64,000 bases of DNA from Octopus sinensis. Lineage: Eukaryota. The translations under genes were made by a program, and so were the position numbers. Location of the stretch: the NCBI RefSeq assembly GCF_006345805.1, contig NC_043008.1, positions 63,612,001-63,676,000 on the forward strand, read 5' to 3'. Below the pieces are notes generated by a model. It made no database searches, had not been told where the DNA came from, and was given only the letters and a program-made list of their open reading frames with translations. Shown here in pieces: positions 63,743 to 64,000 of this stretch. Numbering within the stretch: position 1 is the first letter of the stretch; each line of letters begins with the position of its first letter.

Positions 63743-63858
63743 AGGGTGATGTTTATTATTATAAATAATGACATTTATACTCACTTGTATACCCACTTGA
63801 ATGCGTTGGCTCACACAGAAACAGTAGTGAGGAAAAGTTGGAGACTTTTCTTTTTTAG

Positions 63859-63948
63859 TAGAAACAGAAGATCAGTTAAAGGACGCACTACAAATTTAGT
63901 CAGTGAACAGAACAATGAAAATAAGCAAAACTTTCAAAATTTCAGTAC
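63859..63948 (+). other. candidate 90-nt symmetric exon (RNRRSVKGRTTNLVSEQNNENKQNFQNFS)
   Basis: Acceptor cttttcttttttag and donor TAC/GTAAGT. One open frame; length is a multiple of 3. Confidence 0.25.
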
Positions 63949-64000
63949 GTAAGTTATTACTGAAGTTAACTAAATTTCACTGATAGGTTTTTGCTTATTA

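Overview
This is AT-rich, microsatellite-dense animal genomic DNA. I infer an octopus or other coleoid cephalopod from the SINE/LINE repertoire as I recall it; no search was run. I recognise no intact host gene. Almost every ORF in the supplied track is a microsatellite read-through or a decayed transposon fragment. The window holds several tRNA-headed SINE families, LINE relics (RTE, CR1/L2, R4-type, HERO-type, Tx1/L1-like, Penelope), a full-length decayed mariner, a pogo/Tigger relic, piggyBac- and mariner-type MITEs, and two non-autonomous Helitrons. The most striking signal is a set of hammerhead-ribozyme motifs of the Penelope-associated type, from several unrelated repeat families. Near-complete ones lie at 21396-21481(+), 28599-28647(-), 34018-34052(+), 52065-52148(-) and 56984-57029(-), alongside degenerate or split copies. 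Helix II ranges from 4 bp to tens of bp. Some long foldback inverted repeats embedded in (TA)n appear to be very large helix II arms of split hammerheads. Other highlights are a 5S rRNA-SINE chimeric retrocopy inside the Tigger relic, a perfect 122-bp inverted repeat, and RTE plus R4-type LINE ends sharing one (CATA)n tract. All coordinates and pairings were read by eye. LINE and SINE boundaries are approximate.
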